From an uncultured Candidatus Saccharibacteria bacterium (lineage in GTDB: Bacteria; Patescibacteriota; Minisyncoccia; Minisyncoccales; Staskawiczbacteraceae): a stretch of DNA of 45,601 nucleotides. A model generated the notes under the pieces. That model was not told the origin of the DNA. It did not search any database and saw only the letters and a program-made list of their open reading frames with translations. Positions 8,605 to 16,242 of the stretch are shown here, in pieces (the first letter of the stretch is position 1; each line of letters starts with the position of its first letter). The position numbers and the translations under genes are program-made. The DNA lies in the NCBI GenBank assembly GCA_964567205.1, contig CAZMKW010000002.1, positions 1 through 45,601 on the forward strand. Reading direction: 5' to 3'.

Positions 8605-9954
8605 ATGGCAATGAAAAATAAGTTTTTATTATCTTTAGTTTTTTTTATCGCTTTCCTTTTTCTAGGGGCTAATTTTGTTTTTGCATTAGAGGCCAAGTAT
8701 CCTGATATACCCGGCCTGCCAAGCTTAAATGGAGGCAGTCTTAATATCAGCTCATATATCGGATATTTTTTTGGGTTTTTAATTTATGTAGGAGGAGTGT
8801 TGGCCTTAATCTCTTTTGTTGTGGGAGCAATTGGGCTAATAAGCCCCAATATAGAATCCCATAACGACGCCAAAGACCGAATGAAAAACGCCCTTTTGGG
8901 ATTAATATTAACGGCTTCCTCTTTTTTAATTTTGCAGACAATTAATCCTACTTTTGTGGCGCCGACTATGACGTCATTACCGGGCGTTGCAGGAATTTTT
9001 TATACCAATGGAAGTGAAAAAAAACCGTGCCCGTCAGAAAATCCAGATACATCAACTATTCCGCAGGGATTTAACAATATCCAATACATCTGCTCAGGAA
9101 GCGACCCTGCGTTATTAATTTGGATGTTCCCGGATAAAAACTTTGAAAACTACCAAAAGGCCAGCGTAAAAAGAATAACTTGCAATAATACTATTCCAAT
9201 TGGCGAAGGATCTTTTCAATTGGCGTTTGAAACTCCCGGTATTTACTATTGCTTAGGAGGGTGCGGAGGCGACAATATGTGTTCAGGATATATGTCTAAT
9301 GCGATCAGCTCCTCACAAGATGTTATAGACGCGCGGTTTAGCGGTAAAATAGGAGCCGTAAGGGTTGTTAACGACCCGGAAAACAACACTTATTATGAGG
9401 CTATTTTTCACCAGCAGACAGGACTAGATAATGTTGGCAAATGTTCTTATCCCATACCTGCGGAAAATAATAATCAAAAAATCGTGTGTGAGGGTCTTGA
9501 TTTTCCCAACGCTTCCGCCGTAAATATTTTTATGTGGAATAAAGGACCCGCATCAACCAGTGGTGGTGGCGTTACTTTTTATAGCGAGGCTTATGGGGCC
9601 AGTATTGGAACGCAAAACAGAGGAGAGGGTTTTTGCGCCATTAATAATGATAAAATAATCGGCCTCTTTTCCGTAAAATCCGACAAACTTGTTTTTAATA
9701 GCGGTAATTCTGTTTATAGTTGCGGTTATTCCGAGAAAACCATGTCACAATATAAAGATCTTTATAAAACCTTCAGCGAAAGACACGGATCAATAAATAT
9801 TAAGGGGAATTATTTGGTTGGCTTGTTCAGCAGCCCGAACACGGGTGGCGCATACTGCCAAGTTTTCGAAGGTGATGCCAATAATTTAAACATGGAACCG
9901 TTTATTGCATCGGGACAATCCATAGAAAGTATTTATATTCTTCCTAAAAAATAG
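8605..9954 (+). CDS. Secreted T4SS-pilin-like module fused to Cys-containing C-terminal domain (paralog 2)
   Basis: 449 aa. Clearly paralogous to 7207..8598: 'LPGVAGIFYTNGSEK', 'ASVKRITC', 'FETPGIYYCLG', 'YYEAIFH', 'GVTFYSEAYG', 'GSINIKGNYLVGL', 'CQVF'. Confidence 0.75.
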   Translation: MAMKNKFLLSLVFFIAFLFLGANFVFALEAKYPDIPGLPSLNGGSLNISSYIGYFFGFLIYVGGVLALISFVVGAIGLISPNIESHNDAKDRMKNALLGLILTASSFLILQTINPTFVAPTMTSLPGVAGIFYTNGSEKKPCPSENPDTSTIPQGFNNIQYICSGSDPALLIWMFPDKNFENYQKASVKRITCNNTIPIGEGSFQLAFETPGIYYCLGGCGGDNMCSGYMSNAISSSQDVIDARFSGKIGAVRVVNDPENNTYYEAIFHQQTGLDNVGKCSYPIPAENNNQKIVCEGLDFPNASAVNIFMWNKGPASTSGGGVTFYSEAYGASIGTQNRGEGFCAINNDKIIGLFSVKSDKLVFNSGNSVYSCGYSEKTMSQYKDLYKTFSERHGSINIKGNYLVGLFSSPNTGGAYCQVFEGDANNLNMEPFIASGQSIESIYILPKK

Positions 9955-9985
9955 ACTCCTGTTATAATCTAAAAAAACAAAGTTG

Positions 9986-11140
9986 ATGCCCAAAAAATAT
10001 ATAAAATTTTTATTTGCCATTATTTTTTCTACCATTCTTTTATGTGGTATTTTTTCCTATTTTTTAGTAAACAAAAGTTTGGCGGCGGGACTAGAAGTAA
10101 AAACCTATCCCACAATAGCCGGAAAAACCGTAACAGCCGAGACAAAGCTGCCAGATTTTATGGTTTATCTATTTAACGCCGGGATGATTTTAGGGTTTGG
10201 CTCTGTTATTATTTCCCTGGCTTTGGCTGGAGTAATGTATATATTGTCTCCCATAGACCCCGGCGCCGAATTTTTATCTCGCGCCAAAGACCGTGTCTCT
10301 GGAGCAATATCGGGTTTGCTTGTTTTAATTTTGACATATCTGATTATAACCACTATAAATCCCCAACTTAGTGTTTTTAAACCGAGTGACCCACTAGAAA
10401 CCCCTCAAATATCACAAACAGAAAAAACAGCCCCGGGCGTATATTTGTATAAAGACTCCGGATGCTCTAATAAAGACGCCGATGTGTATGCATCAAATGT
10501 CGGCGACTTGGGCTCATTGAGAAAAGATGTAAATTCCGTAAAAATAGTCCCAGATTCAGATAATGACACTTATTATTTTTCTATCTTATATGAAACTATA
10601 AATTTTCAAGGAAAGTGCCAATATATTAACCCGGATAATAGTTGCCAGAGAACAAGCCTTTCTGCTTCGTCGGCATCTATTTATAAATATAATTTTGACC
10701 CCAACGGCGATGGAGTGTATTTTTACCGCAAATCATACTTTAACCAAGAGGGCGGATATTTATTTATTCCAAACGATGATATTGGAGACCTAAATAGAAG
10801 GGGCCCATATGCAAATAAATTAGACCAATTACAGTTTATAGGTGTGCCAGAAGAGGAACAAGATTGTATAAAATATGACGATAAGGGGAAGTGTGCCGAA
10901 AGGGCTATCCCAACTCTCGCTGGAGAAAATATTTCCTCAATAAAAATACGCGGGGATTATCTTGTTTTACTCACCTATGCCGGACCAAAAGAATCGTGTG
11001 AAGACGTTGTAAACACCTCGTGCCAAGAATTTCCTACACCAGATGATATAAATAAAACCGGACCACAACAAATAAAATGGGAAGAAATTAGAAACTATAA
11101 CGGAGTAATTCCCAATTGTTTAACTATTATCCCAATATAA
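9986..11140 (+). CDS. Secreted T4SS-pilin-like module fused to Cys-containing C-terminal domain (divergent paralog 3)
   Basis: 384 aa from the ATG at 9986. Same N-terminal plan ('GLEVKTYPTIAGK', helix, 'DPGAEFLSRAKDRV', helix, 'TTINPQL'). The C-terminal domain has 'APGVYLYKDSGC', 'NSVKIVPDSDNDTYYFSILY', 'GDGVYFYRKSYF', 'SSIKIRGDYLVLL', 'CQEF'. Confidence 0.7.
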   Translation: MPKKYIKFLFAIIFSTILLCGIFSYFLVNKSLAAGLEVKTYPTIAGKTVTAETKLPDFMVYLFNAGMILGFGSVIISLALAGVMYILSPIDPGAEFLSRAKDRVSGAISGLLVLILTYLIITTINPQLSVFKPSDPLETPQISQTEKTAPGVYLYKDSGCSNKDADVYASNVGDLGSLRKDVNSVKIVPDSDNDTYYFSILYETINFQGKCQYINPDNSCQRTSLSASSASIYKYNFDPNGDGVYFYRKSYFNQEGGYLFIPNDDIGDLNRRGPYANKLDQLQFIGVPEEEQDCIKYDDKGKCAERAIPTLAGENISSIKIRGDYLVLLTYAGPKESCEDVVNTSCQEFPTPDDINKTGPQQIKWEEIRNYNGVIPNCLTIIPI

Positions 11141-11160
11141 TTTTTAGCAATAAACAATAA

Positions 11161-11196
11161 AAAACCGCCCTGAGTTTATCGAAGGACGGTTTTTTA
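11161..11196 (+). terminator. Rho-independent terminator after the pilin-like gene array
   Basis: Stem ccgccct (11165-11171) / aggacgg (11183-11189, one mismatch), flanked by an A-run and a T-run (11190-11195). Confidence 0.6.
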
Positions 11197-11219
11197 TTGT
11201 TTGATAATTATTTAGCCTT

Positions 11220-11349
11220 CCCCGTTAGAAGTCTTGAGTAAAAATTATTATTTCAATAATAATTTTTACATACTCATTCCAATGTTTTTTATTATTTGTA
11301 ATTTTGACTTGCTAAAAATTTTATAGAACTATCCAGACTTCTAACGGGG
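11220..11349. repeat. 130-nt palindromic intergenic element with 15-bp perfect terminal inverted repeats
   Basis: ccccgttagaagtct (11220-11234) is the exact reverse complement of agacttctaacgggg (11335-11349). There is an internal perfect 14-bp hairpin gtaaaaattattat/ataataatttttac (11238-11269). The right arm overlaps the jag stop codon (11341-11343). Confidence 0.7.
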
Positions 11350-11847
11350 CTTTATAATAATATGCCTATCTATCCCATATCCTTGGCTTTCTGTCAGAAC
11401 GTCTGTTCTTTCAGATAATTCTGCGTGTATAATTCTCCTCTCGTAAGATGACATCGGCGGAAGCGCCTTTTCCCCTTTATTTAAGGCCACCTGATCTGCC
11501 AACTCTCTGGCTGTGCTTTTTAAATATTCTGTTTTTTGCTTTTTATAATCATTAATGTCTAAATTTAAATAAAAAACCCCTTGCAATCTCCTGCTTAAAA
11601 TGGCCCTTAAAAGACGCTGAATTTCAAAAAGAGTTTGGCCTTGCTGGCCGATCAAAATTTGGGGCTCGTCTAGTTTTAAACTTAAGTCGACTATTTCTAT
11701 TTTCTCTTCGGACACATCCTGTCCTCCTCCGAGTTTTTTTTTGGCAGAGGTCAAATCAACACTCATATTAGAGGTTGGTATTGTCATCTTCTCAAAAAAT
11801 TCCTCTGCTATCTGTTTAATTTTATTTATTTTTTCGGATTCTGACAT
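11341..11847 (-). CDS. jag: Jag/KhpB-like KH + R3H RNA-binding protein
   Basis: 168 aa. KH-like 'LIGQQGQTLFEIQRLL' and R3H 'PMSSYERRIIHAEL'. Conserved position downstream of yidC. Confidence 0.85.
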   Translation of the reverse strand: MSESEKINKIKQIAEEFFEKMTIPTSNMSVDLTSAKKKLGGGQDVSEEKIEIVDLSLKLDEPQILIGQQGQTLFEIQRLLRAILSRRLQGVFYLNLDINDYKKQKTEYLKSTARELADQVALNKGEKALPPMSSYERRIIHAELSERTDVLTESQGYGIDRHIIIKPR

Positions 11848-11851
11848 ATCT

Positions 11852-12595
11852 CTAATTATTTACCGACTCTGACTTATTGTTCTTTTTAAAAATTAAATAC
11901 TGCTGAATTATAGAAAATAATCCGCTGGTTGTCCAGTATAATCCTAAAGCGGATGGTAAACCTATTAATATAATAATTGTAAAAACAGGAAAAAAGTAAA
12001 GTGTCTGCTTTTGCATCATTTGAGAAAAGTCAGCCCCCTTGCCCTGCACACTACTCTTTGAATTGGTTTGGGGAATTAGCATTTTTGTCTGGAAATATTG
12101 TACTAGACCAGCCAAAATAGCCAACACCAGATTTGGTTTAGATAAGTCTATTATATGCAAAAATAAAGGATTTATTTGCCCGGGATTAAAAATAAATCCA
12201 TATAGGGCGCTTAATTCTTGAGGATTAACTCCACCCCAAAAAACCCTGTAAAGGGCAATTAATATAGGAATTTGTATAAGGCCTAAAAGAAGTCCTGAAA
12301 AGGGATTTATTTTTTCTGTTTTATATAAATTTAAAATCTCTTTCGCCTGCTTTTCTTTGTCGTCCTTGTGTTTTTTTTGCAACTCTTGAATCTTTGGTTG
12401 CAACTCTTGAAGATTCTTTTGGGATTTGACGGCTTTGGCTGAAAATGGAAAAAGTATAACCCTAATTATTATAGTTAAAAGTATTATAGCTATACCAAAG
12501 TCGTGACCGGGCACATAATTATATAACAATATAAGAAAGTTAAATAATGGCTGGTATAGTGTAATATAGAAAAAACTTACTATGGATTCAAACAT
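11852..12595 (-). CDS. yidC: YidC/Oxa1-family membrane protein insertase (short form)
   Basis: 247 aa, multi-TM, with lysine-rich loop 'QELQKKHKDDKEKQAKEILNLYK' and 'INPFSG'. Lies in rnpA-yidC-jag synteny. Confidence 0.9.
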   Translation of the reverse strand: MFESIVSFFYITLYQPLFNFLILLYNYVPGHDFGIAIILLTIIIRVILFPFSAKAVKSQKNLQELQPKIQELQKKHKDDKEKQAKEILNLYKTEKINPFSGLLLGLIQIPILIALYRVFWGGVNPQELSALYGFIFNPGQINPLFLHIIDLSKPNLVLAILAGLVQYFQTKMLIPQTNSKSSVQGKGADFSQMMQKQTLYFFPVFTIIILIGLPSALGLYWTTSGLFSIIQQYLIFKKNNKSESVNN

Positions 12596-12602
12596 TTTAC
12601 TT

Positions 12603-12962
12603 TTAATTTTTAATTAATAACCCTGTCTTAATTAGGGCGCTTTTTAGAGCCTCTTTTATTATGGAAAAGTCTTTTTTCTCTATGCCAGATAAAGCAATTA
12701 AAATTAAGTCTGTCCCTAATTTTATATTCTTTGTTTCGGCTCCGACCGCCTCGACCAGCCTCCTTCTAATTTTATTCCTTATTGTGGCCTTTTTTGAGAC
12801 TTTTAGGCTGACTATAAATCCAAATCGATTTATCCCTAGATTATTTTTTACTGTTTTTAAAATAAAAAGATTATTTTTAAAGCTTTGGGACGGCTTTACG
12901 GCCCCCCTAAAAATAACTTCGAAGTCTTTCTTTTTTTTAATTCTATTTTTTTTTGGAAGCAT
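12603..12962 (-). CDS. rnpA: Ribonuclease P protein component
   Basis: 119-aa basic protein 'MLPKKNRIKKKKDFEVIF...' located between rpmH and yidC. Confidence 0.85.
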   Translation of the reverse strand: MLPKKNRIKKKKDFEVIFRGAVKPSQSFKNNLFILKTVKNNLGINRFGFIVSLKVSKKATIRNKIRRRLVEAVGAETKNIKLGTDLILIALSGIEKKDFSIIKEALKSALIKTGLLIKN

Positions 12963-12969
12963 TAAACAC

Positions 12970-13104
12970 TTATAGGGCTATCTTTTTTCTTCCTTTCCTC
13001 CTTCTTTTTTGTAACACCTGCCTGCCGGTTTTTGTTTTTTTTCTTCGCAAAAAGCCGTGAGTGTTGGCTCTTTTTTTCTTTTTCGGCTTATATGTTATGC
13101 TCAT
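12970..13104 (-). CDS. rpmH: 50S ribosomal protein L34
   Basis: Not in the ORF track (44 aa). My translation of the minus strand gives MSITYKPKKKKRANTHGFLRRKKTKTGRQVLQKRRRKGRKKIAL, with the L34 core 'THGF..R..T..GR.VL..RR.KGRK'. Its stop lies 7 nt upstream of the rnpA start. Confidence 0.9.
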   Translation of the reverse strand: MSITYKPKKKKRANTHGFLRRKKTKTGRQVLQKRRRKGRKKIAL

Positions 13105-13434
13105 TGTATGTATTTTTTAATTAAGTATAATATTAATTAGTATAGTTTAAAAAATCGGAAATTACAAGGCGCCGTTGTTTTTATTCTGGTTCTAATATTT
13201 TACAACATTTTAAAAAATGTTATAAAATATTTATTGTGCGTCTCCACATAGACGGACCGCACAAGTTATACACAGTTTAATAACAGCTCTCTTCGTTTTG
13301 TTTCTATTTGACAAAGCCCCAATAAAAGAGAAAAATATACTTATTAGAAACTCTTTCTTAAACTGCGCACAAAATTACAACAATTAATTACTTGGTCGAT
13401 AAAAAATAAACTTTAACACCTCTCGCTTCAAATT
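13105..13434. promoter_or_regulatory. rpmH-dnaA divergent intergenic region with DnaA-box-like 9-mers (possible oriC part / dnaA promoter)
   Basis: ttatacaca at 13266-13274 has one mismatch to TTATCCACA. gtctccaca lies around 13250-13258 (two mismatches). There is an AT-rich palindrome aacattttaaaaaatgtt. Confidence 0.45.
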
Positions 13435-14814
13435 ATGGATAATCTCGAGCTTTGGCAGTCGGTCTTAGCGCAAATGCAGTTTCATATATCTAAGGCCAAT
13501 TTTGCTACCTGGTTTCAAAACACTGAAATTATTTCCAAAGACAATGAAAAGATAATAATTTCAGTTCCAAATGCGTTTTCCAAGGAATGGTTAAGTAATA
13601 AATATAATAAACTAATCTTAAAAACCCTACACGATATAGATGACTCTATAAAGGATTTAGATTTTATTATAAAACCCCAATCTTCAAGAACCACCCCTGA
13701 TATAACCGGTCACACGGGTGGGCGTCCGGGAACGCCCGAGAGTGAAAAACAGGAAGACACTCAATTAAAATTTGAAGAGTTTAAAATAAACAAAGAAACA
13801 AACCTCAATCCACGATATACTTTTAATAGTTTTGTGGTTGGGTCATTTAATGAGTTGGCCCATGCGGCCGCCCTAGCCGTAGCCGACAACCCGGGGTTCA
13901 CATATAATCCATTATTTATTTACGGGGGTACTGGACTGGGTAAAACACACTTGATACAGGCTATTGGAAATAAAATAAATGACGAAACAAAAAAGAAAAA
14001 AGTAAAATATATCTCTTCAGAAAAATTTGTTTCGGGTATTGTTTCTGCTATTAGAACAAACAGTATGGAGGCTTTTAAAGCAAGCTTAGCGCCTATAGAT
14101 GTTTTAATTCTAGATGATATACAATTTATTGCCGGTAAAAACAAAAGTCAGGAGGAGTTTTTTCATGTTTTTAATTCTTTATACGAAAAAAATAAACAAA
14201 TAATTCTTTCTTCTGATAGACCACCAAACGCTATTGCCGAGCTAGAAGAAAGGCTAAGATCTAGGTTTGAGGGTGGCATGATCGCAGACGTTAGTTTGCC
14301 AGACTATGAAACAAGGCTGGTAATTTTAAAAACTAAACTGCAAGAAAAAAACATAGACGTGCCTGAAGATATTTTAGATTATATCGCCACTAATGTTAAA
14401 AAAAACATAAGAGAATTGGAGGGCGCCTTAAATAAAATATTAATTTACAGTAAAATTAACCAAGAGCTTAATATAGAAACCGCTAAAAAACTACTTAAGG
14501 GTTTTATTTTTTCTCCTTTTGATGTGGCAAATTATAAAAAAATAATAGAAACTGTGGCTAAATTCTACAACTTAGAGGAAAAAAACCTGTTTGACCCCAC
14601 CAGGCGCAAAGAAATTGTAAGGCCCAGGCAAGTCGCAATGTTTTTATTAAGAAGAGAATTAAAATATTCTTTCCCAGCTATAGCAAGAAAATTTGGGGGT
14701 AAAGATCACACAACCGCTATTTACGCATATAAAAAAATATTACAAGAAAACGAAGAAAATAATAAATTAACCGAGGAATTAAATTTAATAAAACAGAGGA
14801 TATATAGTGGATAA
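13435..14814 (+). CDS. dnaA: Chromosomal replication initiator DnaA
   Basis: 459 aa. Walker A 'GGTGLGKTHL', 'LILDDIQF', and a C-terminal DNA-binding domain 'RPRQVAMFLLRREL...GGKDHTTAIYAYKKI'. Confidence 0.95.
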   Translation: MDNLELWQSVLAQMQFHISKANFATWFQNTEIISKDNEKIIISVPNAFSKEWLSNKYNKLILKTLHDIDDSIKDLDFIIKPQSSRTTPDITGHTGGRPGTPESEKQEDTQLKFEEFKINKETNLNPRYTFNSFVVGSFNELAHAAALAVADNPGFTYNPLFIYGGTGLGKTHLIQAIGNKINDETKKKKVKYISSEKFVSGIVSAIRTNSMEAFKASLAPIDVLILDDIQFIAGKNKSQEEFFHVFNSLYEKNKQIILSSDRPPNAIAELEERLRSRFEGGMIADVSLPDYETRLVILKTKLQEKNIDVPEDILDYIATNVKKNIRELEGALNKILIYSKINQELNIETAKKLLKGFIFSPFDVANYKKIIETVAKFYNLEEKNLFDPTRRKEIVRPRQVAMFLLRRELKYSFPAIARKFGGKDHTTAIYAYKKILQENEENNKLTEELNLIKQRIYSG

Positions 14815-15043
14815 ATAAAGAGAATATGTGGTGAATAAATAGTGTTAAAAAGGATTATAATTTTAACAATAAAAACATACATTATAAAATATATTACTTA
14901 TTATATTTCTCTATCCACATTTTTTTCACAAAAAACTTTAAGAACAAATAAAAACATCTACACTTAGTTTTTTATAAAAAATAGTAAAAAATAAAATACA
15001 TAATAATAATAAGTTTATTTAATTAAAGAATTAATTAATAATT
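14815..15043. promoter_or_regulatory. Candidate oriC: very AT-rich dnaA-dnaN spacer with DnaA-box-like sites
   Basis: 229-bp spacer. ctatccaca at 14911-14919 has one mismatch to TTATCCACA; tgtggtgaa at 14827-14835 has two mismatches to TGTGGATAA. Long A/T tracts could serve as an unwinding element. Confidence 0.5.
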
Positions 15044-16180
15044 ATGAAAGTAGAAATTCTAAAAGAAAACCTTAAAAACGGGTTGTCTATGGTCGAAAAA
15101 ATAGTTGGTAAAAATTTATCGCTACCGATTTTAGATAATGTTTTAATAGACACAGAAGATAGTTTTTTAAGTTTAAGCTCAACGGACCTAGAAACTGCCA
15201 TAAAGTTGTGGATACTTGCTAAAATTATAAAAAAGGGAAAGGTTGTGGTTCCCGCTAAGTTTTTTTCAAGTCTTGTTTCTTCTTTGCCAAACGAAAAGAT
15301 TATATTGGAAGAAAAAAAACAAGGATTATCCGTTGAGTGTAAGAGCTTTAAAAACCAAATTCAAGGATTTAATCCAGAAGAATTTCCCCTAATCCCAGAA
15401 TTTAAAGACGCGGATTATTTAGAGGTTGATAATAGAATTTTTTGCCAAGGTTTATCTCAAATAGTGGATGTTGCCTCCCCCTCCCAATCAAGGCCGGAAA
15501 TTTCTGGTATTTATTTTATTTTTTCTAAAAACACTATAAAAATAGTTGCCACAGACAGTTTTAGGCTGGCAGAAAAAAATATTATTTTAGAAGAACCAGT
15601 TCAAAAAGATGTATCGTTTATCCTGCCCCAAAAACCAGCCAGAGAGTTAATTAATATTTTAAGTGGCCCAGTGGGATATCCGGAAGGAAAAATAAAAATA
15701 TATTTTTCTCCAAACCAGACATTATTTGAACTTCCAATGAAAGATGCACCACACCCGCAAGTCCAGGTTGTTTCTAGGCTGATTGAGGGCGAATATCCTA
15801 ATTATGAAGAGATTATTCCTAAAAAGTTTAAAACGCACGTGGTTGTAAAAAGAGATGAATTTTTGAGCCAAGTTAAAACAGCCTCCTTATTTTCTGGAAA
15901 AATTAACGAGGTAAAAATTAAAATAAATCCTCAAGAGAAAGAAATCCAAATTTTTGCCCAAGACCCGGATGTCGGTGAAAGCCAATCTAATATCCCCGCA
16001 AAAATAGAAGGAGAAGTAATAGAGGCCTCTTTTAACCATAAATTTTTAATAGATGGATTGTCTAATATTAAAAGTTCAGAAATTATATTTGATTTAAGTA
16101 AAGAAGAGGGGCCCTGTATATTAAAACCCGTTGGAGATGCGAGTTATATTTATGTGGTAATGCCCATTAAGTCCACGTAA
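15044..16180 (+). CDS. dnaN: DNA polymerase III beta sliding clamp
   Basis: 378 aa. Position after dnaA; 'LPILDNVLI', 'ATDSFRLAE', 'EGEYPNYEEIIP' are typical clamp motifs. Confidence 0.95.
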   Translation: MKVEILKENLKNGLSMVEKIVGKNLSLPILDNVLIDTEDSFLSLSSTDLETAIKLWILAKIIKKGKVVVPAKFFSSLVSSLPNEKIILEEKKQGLSVECKSFKNQIQGFNPEEFPLIPEFKDADYLEVDNRIFCQGLSQIVDVASPSQSRPEISGIYFIFSKNTIKIVATDSFRLAEKNIILEEPVQKDVSFILPQKPARELINILSGPVGYPEGKIKIYFSPNQTLFELPMKDAPHPQVQVVSRLIEGEYPNYEEIIPKKFKTHVVVKRDEFLSQVKTASLFSGKINEVKIKINPQEKEIQIFAQDPDVGESQSNIPAKIEGEVIEASFNHKFLIDGLSNIKSSEIIFDLSKEEGPCILKPVGDASYIYVVMPIKST

Positions 16181-16192
16181 TTATATATAAAT

Positions 16193-16230
16193 AAAAAACA
16201 ACCCTAATCGTTTCGACTGGGTTGTTTTTT
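16193..16230. terminator. Bidirectional rho-independent terminator between convergent dnaN and PBP genes
   Basis: aaaaaacaaccc (16193-16204) pairs with gggttgtttttt (16219-16230). Confidence 0.7.
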
Positions 16231-16242
16231 ATTATAAAAATA

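Noticed and set aside
12661-12975. 104-aa plus-strand ORF overlapping rnpA, and similar antisense ORFs in ruvC/yebC (19221..20207), ruvB (21816..22523), pilB (22910..24259), uvrB (33507..35177) and the K/E-rich gene (32264..33331)
   Set aside because: All are antisense to ORFs with clear family signatures or much longer reading frames. They have low-complexity hydrophobic or Ser-rich composition and no start or terminator context.
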